A DNA stretch of 64,000 nt from an uncultured Bacteroidota bacterium (GCA_963772165.1 CAVYWA010000022.1:2832-66831); one strand, 5' to 3'; shown: positions 1 to 9,732, numbered from the stretch's first letter. The notes: a model not told the origin generated them from the sequence alone. Made by a program: numbers and translations.

Positions 1-1375
1 GGCAAAAGGCTGTCCGCTTGAATGATCAGGTCCCGAAGCGTCTCGCCTGTTTCCAGCTGGTACCTGTCCGGGCGGTAGACAGCCCCGTCGATCACAACAT
101 AATTTTTTTGGATATCCTGGATGGAGAAAAACGTCACGGTATCGCCGTCGGCCACTGTATGGTCCTTGCCTTCATTCAGAATATCCCTGAGGTTAGCATC
201 AACAACGGTCCGCTCAAATTCTCCCCTCTTTCGTTTTTCAAACGGGATGATATGGTCCAACTGCACCCGCTCGAGGTACGTTGTGGGGAGAGGACCGCCG
301 GCGTAATCGACAACTTTTTTCAAATTCTCTTCCGGCAGAAGCTCGTAAATGCCGGGGCGGCGGATCTCGCCGTCGACCGTTACTGTTTTCCCCCGTGTCG
401 GGATAAAAATAATATCGTTGCTCTGAACACGGACGTCGTTGATCTTCTCCGAGCCCATGAGATATTTATAGAGATCGACGTGCGCGATCACTTTGTTGTT
501 GCGGATCAACCGGATGTCTCTCAAACTTCCTTTCACGGTCGGGCCGCCGACCCAGAAGAGAGAATTAAAGACGTTCGAGTACGTGCTGACCGCATATCCC
601 CCAGGGGCTTTGACCTCTCCCATGATAAAAACGAACTTCGGGCGGAGACGGGCGATGGTGACGTCGAGCCAAACATTCCGCGGTGTGTTGACCAGTCCCT
701 TAAACGATTGGGACATTTCTTTCGTAATTGCTTTCTGCGCCTCCTCGAGCGTAAGCCCTGAAACGAGCACGGGGCCGACTGTCGGAATAAAGACCCTGCC
801 TTCGTTGTCGACCTCAAGGTCGTTCCGCTGCTCGACTTGCCCCCAAACATTGACGCGAATGACATCGCCCGGCCCGATCAGGTATTCGGGGTCAACAGGC
901 CCGGCTGCCGGCTCGAATGCCGCCGGGATTTTCTCGAAAATATCATAACCAAAATAGTGCCTCCCTCCGGGACCAAGAAATTTCGAAGTGTCCACTACCG
1001 GCTGGGCAGTCGTCGATTCGGGCGCCGCGGTGCTTTGGGCCGACAGCGCGGCCGGCAGTTTATGCGTCGTATCGATTATCGGGGCTGATTGAACCGGTGC
1101 CGGTACAGGGGAGGTTGTTCAAATAGCTCTGAGAGGTCGATGCCGTACTGTTGCGCCTTTGCAATGGCTTGATCCATCGTCATTCCGTACTGGCTGATTT
1201 TTGCCTGGATCTGATCGGGGGTCATTGTCCCGAGCTTGGCCTTCGCTGCATCTATTTGCGTCTGGGTTTGCGCGAAACCAGAGTAAGAGATAAGAAATAA
1301 AGAGATAAGAGATAAGAGATAAGAGATAAGATTCGCTTTACTCAATATCGGACGATTTAAGAACATTTTTCGCAT
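1..1375 (-). CDS. SLBB-domain polysaccharide export protein (Wza/KpsD-like); runs off the window start; frameshifted around 960-1130
   Basis: ORF 1076..1375 gives a signal peptide and helical N-terminus. Manual minus-strand translation downstream gives YFGYDIFEKIPAAFEP..YLIGPGDVIRVNVWG..FIMGEVKAPGGY..GGPTVKGSLRDIRLIR, collinear with the paralogue at 37832..40348. Confidence 0.85.
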
Positions 1376-1575
1376 TCTAATGGCGGTTTTAAAAAAATAA
1401 GAATTAAGAGATAAGAAATAAGAGATAAGAGAAAAGATTCGCTTTAATCAATACTGGTCGATTTAAGAACATTTTTCGCTTTCTAATGGCGGTTTTAAAA
1501 AATAAGAATTAAGAGATAAGAGCGCTTTACTCAATGTCGGCAGATTTAAAGGCATCTTCCTTTTACTAATGGCAA
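1283..1575. repeat. Three diverged tandem copies (about 85-105 bp) of the export-gene start region, interleaved with (GATAAGA)n heptamers
   Basis: CGCTTTA.TCAAT....G..GATTTAA...CAT.TT....TT.CTAATGGC recurs at about 1334, 1440 and 1523. Confidence 0.85.
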
Positions 1576-1597
1576 TGGTGTGTAAGAATAGCAGTAA

Positions 1598-1626
1598 AAT
1601 ATATAGAAAATAGTGATTTAGCGCAA
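1598..1626 (-). promoter_or_regulatory. Putative sigma70 promoter TTGCGC-17-TATATT for the SLBB export gene
   Basis: Motif match with 17-nt spacer; same -10 as the rRNA promoter. Confidence 0.5.
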
Positions 1627-1638
1627 GAGAAGGCCTTG

Positions 1639-1792
1639 AGTCCGTAGTCCGTAGTTCGTAGTCCGTAGTCCGTAGTCCGTAGTCCGTAGTCCGTAGTCCG
1701 TAGTCCGTAGTCCGTAGTCCGTAGTCCGTAGTCCGTAGTCCGTAGTCCGTAGTCCTGAGTCTTTTCTCTTATCTCTTATCTCTTATCTCTTA
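1639..1792. repeat. Composite heptamer array: (AGTCCGT) x16 followed by (TCTCTTA) x4
   Basis: Directly visible; one variant unit AGTTCGT; the last TCTCTTA unit overlaps the TAA stop of 1790..2353. Confidence 0.97.
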
Positions 1793-2353
1793 ATTCTCAT
1801 CTCTTAAACTCCCCCACAAATCAGCTAATCCGTTTTTAGCCGAATAGGCAGTGATAAATTCAAGGTCGATAATATCAGGGGAATTCGTCAATATGTTTTT
1901 GATATCGGCAAGATGCTTATCGGAATGGCCTTCTTGAAAATATTCAAGTTTCCGTATGATGACGTATTCCGGCGGGGCAATGAAGAGAGTGACTCCTTGG
2001 AAATCAATACTCTTTTTCCGCTCCAGAGCCCATGTATGAAGCTCGCTTTCCCCTCTTAAAAAAATGTCGGCTTTGAATCCGGTTTCGAGATGGATGAGCT
2101 TAAAATATCCTCGTTCGGGGCGGAGGATCTCATCTCTGATGACCTCAACAGGAGTCACATAAAACTCGCGCGCCGGAAACGCGGCGACAAAATTTGCAAT
2201 TTCCGAAATGCTTAAATCGAGGATGATATCAATATCGTGGGTAAGTCGCGGTTCGCCGTACACGATCGACGCAACCGAACCGGTGATCATGTAGTTCAAC
2301 TTCTGATTGTTGAGCCTCGAGGCGAAAATGCCGAAGAGGTTAGGTTCCTGCAT
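1790..2353 (-). CDS. Nucleotidyltransferase toxin, MenT1/AbiEii-like
   Basis: ITGSVAS..YGEPRLTHDIDII Pol-beta-superfamily motif, PPEYVIIRKL and KHLADI; resembles the Rv0078A (MenT1) motif EPRFTRDVDIV as recalled. Confidence 0.7.
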   Translation of the reverse strand: MQEPNLFGIFASRLNNQKLNYMITGSVASIVYGEPRLTHDIDIILDLSISEIANFVAAFPAREFYVTPVEVIRDEILRPERGYFKLIHLETGFKADIFLRGESELHTWALERKKSIDFQGVTLFIAPPEYVIIRKLEYFQEGHSDKHLADIKNILTNSPDIIDLEFITAYSAKNGLADLWGSLRDEN

Positions 2354-2549
2354 GTTTAAAAATCTCTCTTAGATGTTCCGCGACCGTCGCATCATCCCAT
2401 TTCGGGTGTTGAAGTTTCAGCCATGCCCGCTTCAGCTCCCTCGCTCCATGATAGAGGTTCAAGGATAGGCGCAGCTTTTTCTCGGCCGTCATCGACTTAA
2501 AAGGCAGCACACTTTCAGAATCATGATGTTTGTCGTCGGCAGTTGTCAA
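2340..2549 (-). CDS. Small helical antitoxin, MenA1 (Rv0078B)-like
   Basis: 69 aa, overlaps the toxin start; AEKKLRLSLNLY..R..K..HP.WD pattern. Confidence 0.6.
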   Translation of the reverse strand: MTTADDKHHDSESVLPFKSMTAEKKLRLSLNLYHGARELKRAWLKLQHPKWDDATVAEHLREIFKHAGT

Positions 2550-2552
2550 GGG

Positions 2553-2697
2553 AGTTCTGAGTCCGTGGTCCGTAGTTCGAGTCCGTGGTCCGTAGTCCTG
2601 AGTCCGTGGTCCGTAGTCCTGAGTCCGTGGTCCGTAGTCCTGAGTCTTATCTCTTATCTCTTATCTCTTATCTCTTATATCTTATCTTTTATCTCTT
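2553..2697. repeat. Composite heptamer array: 21-nt higher-order unit (AGTCCGT-GGTCCGT-AGTCCTG)n plus (TCTCTTA)n
   Basis: Directly visible. Confidence 0.95.
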
Positions 2698-2706
2698 CAA
2701 AAATCC

Positions 2707-4362
2707 TCAATAAAAATTGTATTCTATCGAAAGCAACGCATCGATCCGGTCGTCATAATTGCCGCTCACGCGCGCATATTGGAATACACCGGGGATGCTC
2801 GCATCTTGCGAATACCGGGAGATGAGGATGTGGCAATTGATGAACATATCGCGCACAATTTCATACTGCGCGGTAACGCCATACGACTGTTTTTTGATAA
2901 CCGGTCCGTAAAGAAACGGTGGCGTGGGAAGCATGTATTGATATTTCGTCGAGTCCATTCCTCCTTTGCGAAGGGACTCAAACGCCAGGCCGACTTTCAA
3001 ATCGCGGTAAGGCCGGTAATTGGCTTCAAGGTATAAGTCATCTGCGTTTTGGCCGATCCAATCCCCTAAATCATATTCACTGCTTTGGTATGTCGCGTCG
3101 GGATATTTGTGATTGTAGACCCAGGGATTTGTCCGTGTATATTCGATCAGGATATCGGTGTTCGGGAAAAAGAGATCATACGACCTGGTGCCGACCGTAA
3201 CCCCGATCTGATTTCGCTGTCTGGCGGAGTTAAAAATATCGGGGGTTGAAATTTCATCGATAAATAACGACGTGTAGAAATCGAAATTTTTCAGGCTGGT
3301 GACATCGACCGACCCGAACACTTGCTTATTGTCCTGGTCGTTGTCATAATGTTCCGCAGCAAAGTAGAGCATGACCGGAATCAGATAGATAAGCTCGGGG
3401 TTTCTCCCTCCGTATATTTCAGATTCACCGACCGCGATGTTAACACCGTTTGCCACCGAGGCTTCAAGCATCTGGGCAGCCATATATTTTTGAGCGTATA
3501 TCGGACGGAAACTCTGGCTCGGGGGAAGGCCGGGTACAAAATACGAGTCGACCGAATCGATAATGTCGGAACTGAGCCAGCTGTGGACGAAGGTGAAGTC
3601 GACATCCTTTCCGAGTTTTGCCCGAAGTTTTAGTTGAGGATACGACGGAGGTTTGTCCGATAGGATGATATTTCCATGGTATCCGGCTCCCCACACGTTC
3701 GGCATTTTTTCGATCGAAAGAACGAGAAATGAGGCAACATCGAAATTCAGCTGAGCGTCCGCAAGGTCGAAATCGAAACCATTTTTCGTGTAGGTTCCTG
3801 AATAGATCTGTCCCTGGGTTGGCGTGAGGTCATTGCGGATGCTCGTGTACGTCCCCGATTCGTGGTTGTCTCTGAAGTATAAATACATTCCGAGAAAATC
3901 TTTCGCATACCCGTAGCCCATCAACCCATTGGACCATATCTTAGTATTCGTGTTTGTCGGATTTGCTTCCGCTGAATAGCCGCCGATGAGATCGACATTG
4001 AATGTACCGGGGGTATTCCGGTACGGGTACAAATGCCAGCGCTCCTCGGGCAGTTCCTTTTCATAGTTGAGCTGTTTCAACTCTACATAAAATTCCTGCT
4101 TAAAGAACTCGAGCTGCTGTTTCTCAACGGAGGTCAGCTGATCGGAGTGCTGGTCGATAATAATGAGGTACGCCGCGACGTCCCGGCGCGTTATCGGCTT
4201 CACGGCATCTCGATAGTCCGTGATAACGCGCTTGCCATCCATTCTCTTAAGAAAATCGTACACTTCATGAGAAGGATGGACATACACCGACTGCGATGGC
4301 GATTGCGCGACAGCAAAGCAGCCGAGAAGAAGAATAATAACGTACCGTCGTATCATGTTCAT
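2707..4362 (-). CDS. Capsule assembly Wzi-family outer-membrane beta-barrel protein
   Basis: Signal peptide, WGAGYHGNIILSD motif, C-terminal aromatic EYNFY, polysaccharide context. Confidence 0.7.
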   Translation of the reverse strand: MNMIRRYVIILLLGCFAVAQSPSQSVYVHPSHEVYDFLKRMDGKRVITDYRDAVKPITRRDVAAYLIIIDQHSDQLTSVEKQQLEFFKQEFYVELKQLNYEKELPEERWHLYPYRNTPGTFNVDLIGGYSAEANPTNTNTKIWSNGLMGYGYAKDFLGMYLYFRDNHESGTYTSIRNDLTPTQGQIYSGTYTKNGFDFDLADAQLNFDVASFLVLSIEKMPNVWGAGYHGNIILSDKPPSYPQLKLRAKLGKDVDFTFVHSWLSSDIIDSVDSYFVPGLPPSQSFRPIYAQKYMAAQMLEASVANGVNIAVGESEIYGGRNPELIYLIPVMLYFAAEHYDNDQDNKQVFGSVDVTSLKNFDFYTSLFIDEISTPDIFNSARQRNQIGVTVGTRSYDLFFPNTDILIEYTRTNPWVYNHKYPDATYQSSEYDLGDWIGQNADDLYLEANYRPYRDLKVGLAFESLRKGGMDSTKYQYMLPTPPFLYGPVIKKQSYGVTAQYEIVRDMFINCHILISRYSQDASIPGVFQYARVSGNYDDRIDALLSIEYNFY

Positions 4363-4364
4363 GT

Positions 4365-4540
4365 GGTCCTGGTTCTTAGTCCGTAGTCCTGAGTCCTGTG
4401 AGTCCTGGGTTCTGAGTCCTGGGTTCTGAGTCCGAGTCTCTTAGTCCTGGGTCTTGAGTCCTGGGTTCTGAGTCCGGAGTCCTGGGTCTTAAGTCCCTCT
4501 CTTATCTCTTATCTCTTAATTTCTTAATTCTTATTTCTAC
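4365..4540. repeat. Composite heptamer array (AGTCCTG/GGTTCTG)n plus (TCTCTTA/TTTCTTA)n filling the whole spacer
   Basis: Directly visible. Confidence 0.95.
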
Positions 4541-5842
4541 TCACGCCTTAAACACTCCGCCGCTTTTTCGCATGACGATGTTTCTTGTATCGACGACCGG
4601 TACGGTAAATTGCTCGAAATTGATTTTTTTGTATTCATCGTGGGCTGTTGCAACAAGAATGAGGTCGAAGGCGTTTGATACTTCGACTGACTTTCTTCCT
4701 GCAAATTTTGGAAATTCCCTCGTATGTTTGATTGCGGGAATATACGGATCGTTGTAACTTACCACAGCCCCTTTTTCTTCGAGCTTCTCCATCAGGTGAT
4801 ACGAGGGGGATTCACGGTCGTCGTCGACGTTCGCTTTGTACGCGAGGCCGAGCATCAGAATTTTTGCACCTTTCAGCGGCTTGCCGACTTCGTTTAATGC
4901 TTCCATAACTCTGCTGACGACAAAATCGGGCATTGCCGTATTGATTTCTCCAGCCAATTCAATGAACTTTGTCGTCACGCCGTACTCGCGCGCTTTCCAT
5001 GTAAGATAGAAAGGATCGATCGGAATGCAGTGGCCTCCCAGCCCCGGTCCCGGGTAGAACGGCATAAAGCCGAACGGCTTAGTCTTCGCTGCCTCTACAA
5101 CCTCCCACACATCGATTCCCATTTTCATGAAGGTCACTTTCAGCTCGTTGACCAGGGCAATATTCACGGCACGGAAAATATTTTCCATGAGCTTCGTTGC
5201 CTCGGCGACCTTGACGCTCGAAACCGGGACGGTTCGTACAACAATCTGCTTATAAAGGAGGTCGGCAACGGCAAGGCCGTCGGGAGAGGTCGAGCCGACA
5301 ACTTTCGGAATCGTTTCGGTCGTGTAATTGGGGTTGTTGGGGTCTTCCCGTTCCGGAGAAAATGCGACGTAAAAATCTTTATCCACCTTCAAGCCGTTTT
5401 TTTCGAGGATCGGGACCATCACTTCTTCCGTCGTGCCGGGATAGGTCGTCGATTCGAGAACAACCAGCTGGCCTTTGCGGATATGCGGTGCGATGGCTTC
5501 GCAGGTTGTGACGATAAACGACATATCCGGTTCTCTGTTCTTGTTGAGAGGCGTCGGGACCGCAATGAGGATGGCGTCGCATTCTTTCAAGCGGGAAAAA
5601 TCGGTCGTGACATGGAAGCGTCCGGAGGCGTTAGCGCGCTGGATTCTCTCCGAGGAAATGTGTTTGATGTACGATTTCCCTTTCGCGAGGGAATCGACTT
5701 TCGATTTGTCGATGTCGAACCCGATCGACCGGAATCCCTTCTCCACAAAACAATGGAGGAGCGGAAGCCCGACATATCCCAGCCCGATAACGCCGACGAC
5801 GAATGATTTATTTTCAAGCTTTGCTAGCAGTTCGGTTTTCAT
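4541..5842 (-). CDS. Nucleotide-sugar dehydrogenase (UDP-GlcNAc 6-dehydrogenase, WbpA/WecC family)
   Basis: GLGYVGLP, ESTTYPGTT, FSPERED, GGHCIPIDP, GLAYKANVDDDRESP. Confidence 0.92.
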   Translation of the reverse strand: MKTELLAKLENKSFVVGVIGLGYVGLPLLHCFVEKGFRSIGFDIDKSKVDSLAKGKSYIKHISSERIQRANASGRFHVTTDFSRLKECDAILIAVPTPLNKNREPDMSFIVTTCEAIAPHIRKGQLVVLESTTYPGTTEEVMVPILEKNGLKVDKDFYVAFSPEREDPNNPNYTTETIPKVVGSTSPDGLAVADLLYKQIVVRTVPVSSVKVAEATKLMENIFRAVNIALVNELKVTFMKMGIDVWEVVEAAKTKPFGFMPFYPGPGLGGHCIPIDPFYLTWKAREYGVTTKFIELAGEINTAMPDFVVSRVMEALNEVGKPLKGAKILMLGLAYKANVDDDRESPSYHLMEKLEEKGAVVSYNDPYIPAIKHTREFPKFAGRKSVEVSNAFDLILVATAHDEYKKINFEQFTVPVVDTRNIVMRKSGGVFKA

Positions 5843-5846
5843 GTAT

Positions 5847-6026
5847 GAGTCCTGAGTCCGGAGTTCTGAGTCCGTAGTCCTGTGTCCGGAGTTCTGAGTC
5901 CGGAGTCCATAGTCTGTGGTAAAGGGTTCTGTTTATACCATCTCAAACCTAAAATTCCTAATTCATCATTCTTATCTCTTATCTTCTTACTTTCTTACTT
6001 CTTACTTCTTACTTCTTACTTCTTAA
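5847..6026. repeat. Heptamer arrays (AGTCCNG)n at 5847-5920 and (TTCTTAC)n at 5968-6026
   Basis: Directly visible; the second array overlaps the fcl 3' end. Confidence 0.9.
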
Positions 6027-7025
6027 CCACCCCTCGTACCACTCAATCGTCTTTTTCACCCCTTCCGCCAGCGGAACTTTTGCCTTCCATCCCAGCGCAT
6101 TGATCTTGCCGACATCCAGCAGTTTTCTCGGCGTACCGTCCGGCTTCGAAGTATCAAACACGATTTTCCCTTGATACCCTACACTTGCGCCGATCAACTG
6201 TGCCAGTTCGAGAATCGAGACATCTGTCCCCATGCCAATATTAATGATATCACTCTCATTATACTGTTCCATAAGAAAGACACACGCGTTCGCCATGTCG
6301 TCGGCATAGAGGAACTCCCGTTTCGCTTTTCCCGTCCCCCATAATGTCACCGATGGGGACTGCGCATTCCGTGCTTCAACGAACTTACGTATCAACGCCG
6401 GCAACACGTGAGAATTCTGCAGATCGAAATTGTCATTCGGCCCGTAGAGGTTCGTGGGCATCACCGAAATAGAATTCGTTCCGTACTGCTTGTTGTACGC
6501 CTGGCACATTTTGATGCCGGCAATTTTTGCCACGGCGTACGCTTCGTTCGTCGGCTCCAGCTTGCCGTCGAGCAGGTATTCTTCCTTGATCGGCTGAGGC
6601 GAGAATTTAGGATAGATGCAGGAGCTTCCCAGAAAACAAAGCTTCTTCACGCGGTTCAAATACGAGGAATGGATGACGTTGTTCTGGATTTGTAAATTGT
6701 CGAAGATAAACTCAGCGGGATAGGTACTGTTCGCGTGGATCCCTCCGACTTTAGCAGCCGCCAAAAAAACATATTCCGGCTTTTCCTTTTCAAAAAAATC
6801 TTGAACTGCTCCCTGGTTTTCAAGTTCCAGCTCGCCGTGAGTGCGCATGACAATGTTCGCGTATCCTGCGGATTGGAGCGCACGTACAATCGAAGAGCCG
6901 ACAAGTCCGCGATGACCGGCAACGTATATTTTAGATGAATGGTCCGTAGTGGTTAGTCCGTGGTCTGGAGTCCGTGGTCCGTAGTTCGTGGTCCTGAGTC
7001 CGTGGTCTGGAGTTGTGAATTTCAA
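6009..7025 (-). CDS. fcl: GDP-L-fucose synthase (start uncertain)
   Basis: [59 protein letters not shown]. Confidence 0.95.
   Translation of the reverse strand: MKFTTPDHGLRTTNYGPRTPDHGLTTTDHSSKIYVAGHRGLVGSSIVRALQSAGYANIVMRTHGELELENQGAVQDFFEKEKPEYVFLAAAKVGGIHANSTYPAEFIFDNLQIQNNVIHSSYLNRVKKLCFLGSSCIYPKFSPQPIKEEYLLDGKLEPTNEAYAVAKIAGIKMCQAYNKQYGTNSISVMPTNLYGPNDNFDLQNSHVLPALIRKFVEARNAQSPSVTLWGTGKAKREFLYADDMANACVFLMEQYNESDIINIGMGTDVSILELAQLIGASVGYQGKIVFDTSKPDGTPRKLLDVGKINALGWKAKVPLAEGVKKTIEWYEGWLRSKK
6940..7012. repeat. Heptamer array (RGTCCGT/GGTCTGG)n, downstream arm of the inverted pair around the four-helix-bundle gene
   Basis: Directly visible; reverse complement of 7446-7501. Confidence 0.92.
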
Positions 7026-7043
7026 ATTTATAATTTTTTATCT

Positions 7044-7403
7044 TTACTGCTTAAGATACTTGATAAATCCGCCGATCATCCGTTTAGCCTCCGAAGCTTG
7101 TTCGAAACATTTTTGAAAGTCCGGTTCAACGATATATCCGGAATCCAATGCTACATACAATAACGATTGGACTTCAGACGCTGAACGATACGAATACCTC
7201 AAAAAGCTTACGAATGCTTTATCGGATCCTGAGTCAAAACCTTCCGCGATATTAGACATTATTGAAACGCTGGCACGCTGTATTTGATCGCGTAATCCGA
7301 AATCTTTAAAGAACTTCTGTTGAGCAGTAATTCTATAGACAGCCTTTGTTAATTCCCTTCCTTTTTTCCATGAATCAATGTCTTCGAAACGCACAATCTT
7401 CAT
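7044..7403 (-). CDS. Four helix bundle protein (23S rRNA IVS-protein / Avd-like family)
   Basis: FEDIDSWKKG..LRDQIQRASVSIMSNIAEGF..FLRYSYRSASEVQSLLYVALDSGYI. Confidence 0.92.
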   Translation of the reverse strand: MKIVRFEDIDSWKKGRELTKAVYRITAQQKFFKDFGLRDQIQRASVSIMSNIAEGFDSGSDKAFVSFLRYSYRSASEVQSLLYVALDSGYIVEPDFQKCFEQASEAKRMIGGFIKYLKQ

Positions 7404-7445
7404 ATTCCCTCCCCATATTTTATTAGCTATGAACCTCCACCTGCT

Positions 7446-7501
7446 GACTCCGGACCACGGACTCAGGACTACACGGACTTCGGACCACGGACTTCGGACT
7501 A
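7446..7501. repeat. Heptamer array (ACGGACT/TCGGACC)n, upstream arm of the inverted pair
   Basis: GACTCCGGACCACGGACTCAGGACTACACGGACTTCGGACCACGGACTTCGGACT; opposite orientation to all other AGTCC arrays. Confidence 0.92.
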
Positions 7502-8543
7502 ATACCCCCTCTTCGAGATCTTTTCATAATCAGCCTTCACCATAATTTTCACTAATTCCTCGAAACTTTGTCTTCGGCACCCATCCGAGCTTTTCTTTCG
7601 CCTTCGCCGGATCGCCGATCAACAGTTCTACCTCCGTCGGCCGGTAATAACGGGGATCGACCTCGACGATCGTCTTTCCGGTTTTCTTGTCGACACCTTT
7701 TTCGTCCTTCCCTTCGCCTTCCCATGCGAGTTCCATTGCTAACTCCTTGAAAGCGAGGTCGGCAAATTCTCGAACGGTGTGCGTCTCGCCGGTGGCCAAC
7801 ACAAAGTCTTCCGGCTGGTCCAATTGAAGCATTCTCCACATGCCGTCGACATATTCCGGCGCGTAGCCCCAGTCGCGCTTCGCATTCAAGTTTCCCAGGG
7901 AGAGTTTCGCTTCCAACCCCAGTTTAATTTTCGCTGCAGCCCTCGTAATTTTTTTGGTGACGAACGTTTCGCCCCTCCGGGGAGATTCATGGTTGAAAAG
8001 AATTCCATTGCAGGCGAAAATATTGTACGCTTCCCGATAGTTTATGATAATCCAATAACCGTAAAGTTTTGCAACTCCGTACGGGCTGCGAGGATAGAAC
8101 GGTGTCTTTTCATTTTGAGGAATTTGCTGGGCTTTGCCGAATAACTCGCTCGTCGATGCTTGATAGAACTTTGGTTTGATGCCGACTTCACGAATCGCAT
8201 CCAGAAAGCGGACTGTTCCGATGGCATCGACTTCGGCCGTATACTCAGGAAGCTCGAAGGAGACCTTGACATGACTTTGCGCGGCAAGGTTATAGATTTC
8301 GCCGGGATGGATCCTTTCCAGAATCCGGTTCAAATTGCTCGTGTCGGTCACATCGCCATAATGGAGAAAGAGTTTCTTCCCCAAAATTTCCGGGTCGTTA
8401 TAGAGATGGTCAATTCTTCCGGTGTTGAACGAACTGCTGCGGCGGATAATGCCGTGTACTTCGTACCCCTTTTGGAGGAGCAGCTCAGCAAGATATGACC
8501 CGTCCTGCCCTGTGATGCCGGTGATAAGTGCTTTTTTTGTCAT
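7499..8543 (-). CDS. gmd: GDP-mannose 4,6-dehydratase (one-base frameshift near 7562; restored end [21 protein letters not shown])
   Basis: [47 protein letters not shown]. Confidence 0.96.
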
Positions 8544-8575
8544 GGTAAGTTCGTCGTTGTTTCGGTTTCGATTCT

Positions 8576-8675
8576 TGAGTCCGTAGTCCTAAGTCCGTAG
8601 TCCTGAGTCCGTAGTCCTGAGTCAATTTATCTTTTCTCTTATCTCTATTTCTTATCTCTTATTTCTTATCTCTTA
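8576..8675. repeat. Composite heptamer array (AGTCCGT-AGTCCTR)n plus (TCTCTTA/TTTCTTA)n
   Basis: Directly visible; on the minus strand it begins at the TAA stop of 8673..9626. Confidence 0.93.
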
Positions 8676-9626
8676 CTTTCCCAACCACGCAGCGAGCAGG
8701 TCGGTAAGAGTCTGCTTCATTGGAATTTCCGGCTGCCAGCCCGTTGCATGCCGCAGCAATTCATTCGACCCTGCAAGAAGCTGGATATCGTAGCCTCGCA
8801 ATCTTTTCTCTTCAACGTTCAATTCGAATTGTACTCCGGTTATTGCCTCGTACATCCGGATAATCTCCTCAATGGAAAATACATTTCCCGAGCAGACATT
8901 AAAAATAAAATCTTTATCATTGGAAACCGTTCCCATCAGCCAATATGCCTGCACGACATCGCGCACGTCGGTAAAATCCCTCCGGGGTTTGACGTTTCCA
9001 ATTTGAATCACGGGGGAGGCATGGCTCTTGAGGGCAGCCGAGATTTGCCGCGCAAGGGATGAGCAAATGAAGGACGGTTTCTGCCGCGGACCCGTATGAT
9101 TGAAAGGGCGGGCGATAACGATGTTCATTCCTTCATACGTTTTGTACGTTTGTGCAATGTAATCGATGCTCGTTTTGCTGGCGGCGTATGGATTCATCGG
9201 ATGCGGGATCGATTGTTCGGTATGCACCAAAGGAAGACCTGCGGTTTCACCGTAAACCTCGCCCGACGTGACAACGACGATCCTTGGTTTAATGTCGAGC
9301 GCTTTGACCGCCTCAAAAATATTGATGGGGGCAATGACGTTGACCTTAAACGTTTCGGCAGTATGTTCAAACGAACTTGGGACGAACGGTTGTCCGGCAA
9401 GATGAAAAATAATATCCGGTTTGACTTCCTTCACAATCCTGAAAATCGATTGAAAGTCGACAATGTCACATTCAAACAAACGGATGCTTTTTTCATGAAA
9501 ACGAATGTTGTCATTCTTCTCAAGATCCCGTACTACTCCAAAAACATCTGCTAGGCTGTTATTGATAACATAGTCCGCGAGGTGGCTTCCGGCAAAACCG
9601 CCTACTCCGGTAATGAGTACTTTCAT
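8673..9626 (-). CDS. Extended SDR, Rmd-like (GDP-4-keto-6-deoxy-D-mannose reductase / Gmd-family)
   Basis: GVGGFAGSHL, HLAGQPFVPSS, SGEVYG, PYAASK, RPFNHTGPRQ, RDFTDVRDVV. Confidence 0.8.
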   Translation of the reverse strand: MKVLITGVGGFAGSHLADYVINNSLADVFGVVRDLEKNDNIRFHEKSIRLFECDIVDFQSIFRIVKEVKPDIIFHLAGQPFVPSSFEHTAETFKVNVIAPINIFEAVKALDIKPRIVVVTSGEVYGETAGLPLVHTEQSIPHPMNPYAASKTSIDYIAQTYKTYEGMNIVIARPFNHTGPRQKPSFICSSLARQISAALKSHASPVIQIGNVKPRRDFTDVRDVVQAYWLMGTVSNDKDFIFNVCSGNVFSIEEIIRMYEAITGVQFELNVEEKRLRGYDIQLLAGSNELLRHATGWQPEIPMKQTLTDLLAAWLGK

Positions 9627-9703
9627 TAAAACGGCAATAATATGTAAGGAAATCGGTAAAACCGCCTGCCACGAGCATCCCCTTTACGCTCGGCTATGCT
9701 CAC

Positions 9704-9732
9704 AATATACATAAACCCTCAAGCCTTTTCAA
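9704..9732 (-). promoter_or_regulatory. Putative sigma70 promoter TTGAAA-17-TATATT
   Basis: Motif match upstream of 9626. Confidence 0.55.

Noticed and set aside
18-1126. Plus-strand ORFs such as 18..761 (247 aa) and similar antisense ORFs (5030..5806, 11891..12592, 60080..60679)
   Set aside because: Shadow frames opposite well-supported minus-strand genes; no recognisable motifs.
2523-2825. Repeat-derived ORF (SPWSVVL)n(ISYLLSL)n
   Set aside because: Simply the translation of the heptamer arrays on the non-coding strand; no evidence of expression.
9655-9672. ops/JUMPstart-like element (GGCGGT) upstream of the rmd-like gene
   Set aside because: Does not match GGCGGTAG..TG, and no RfaH/UpxY gene is in the window.
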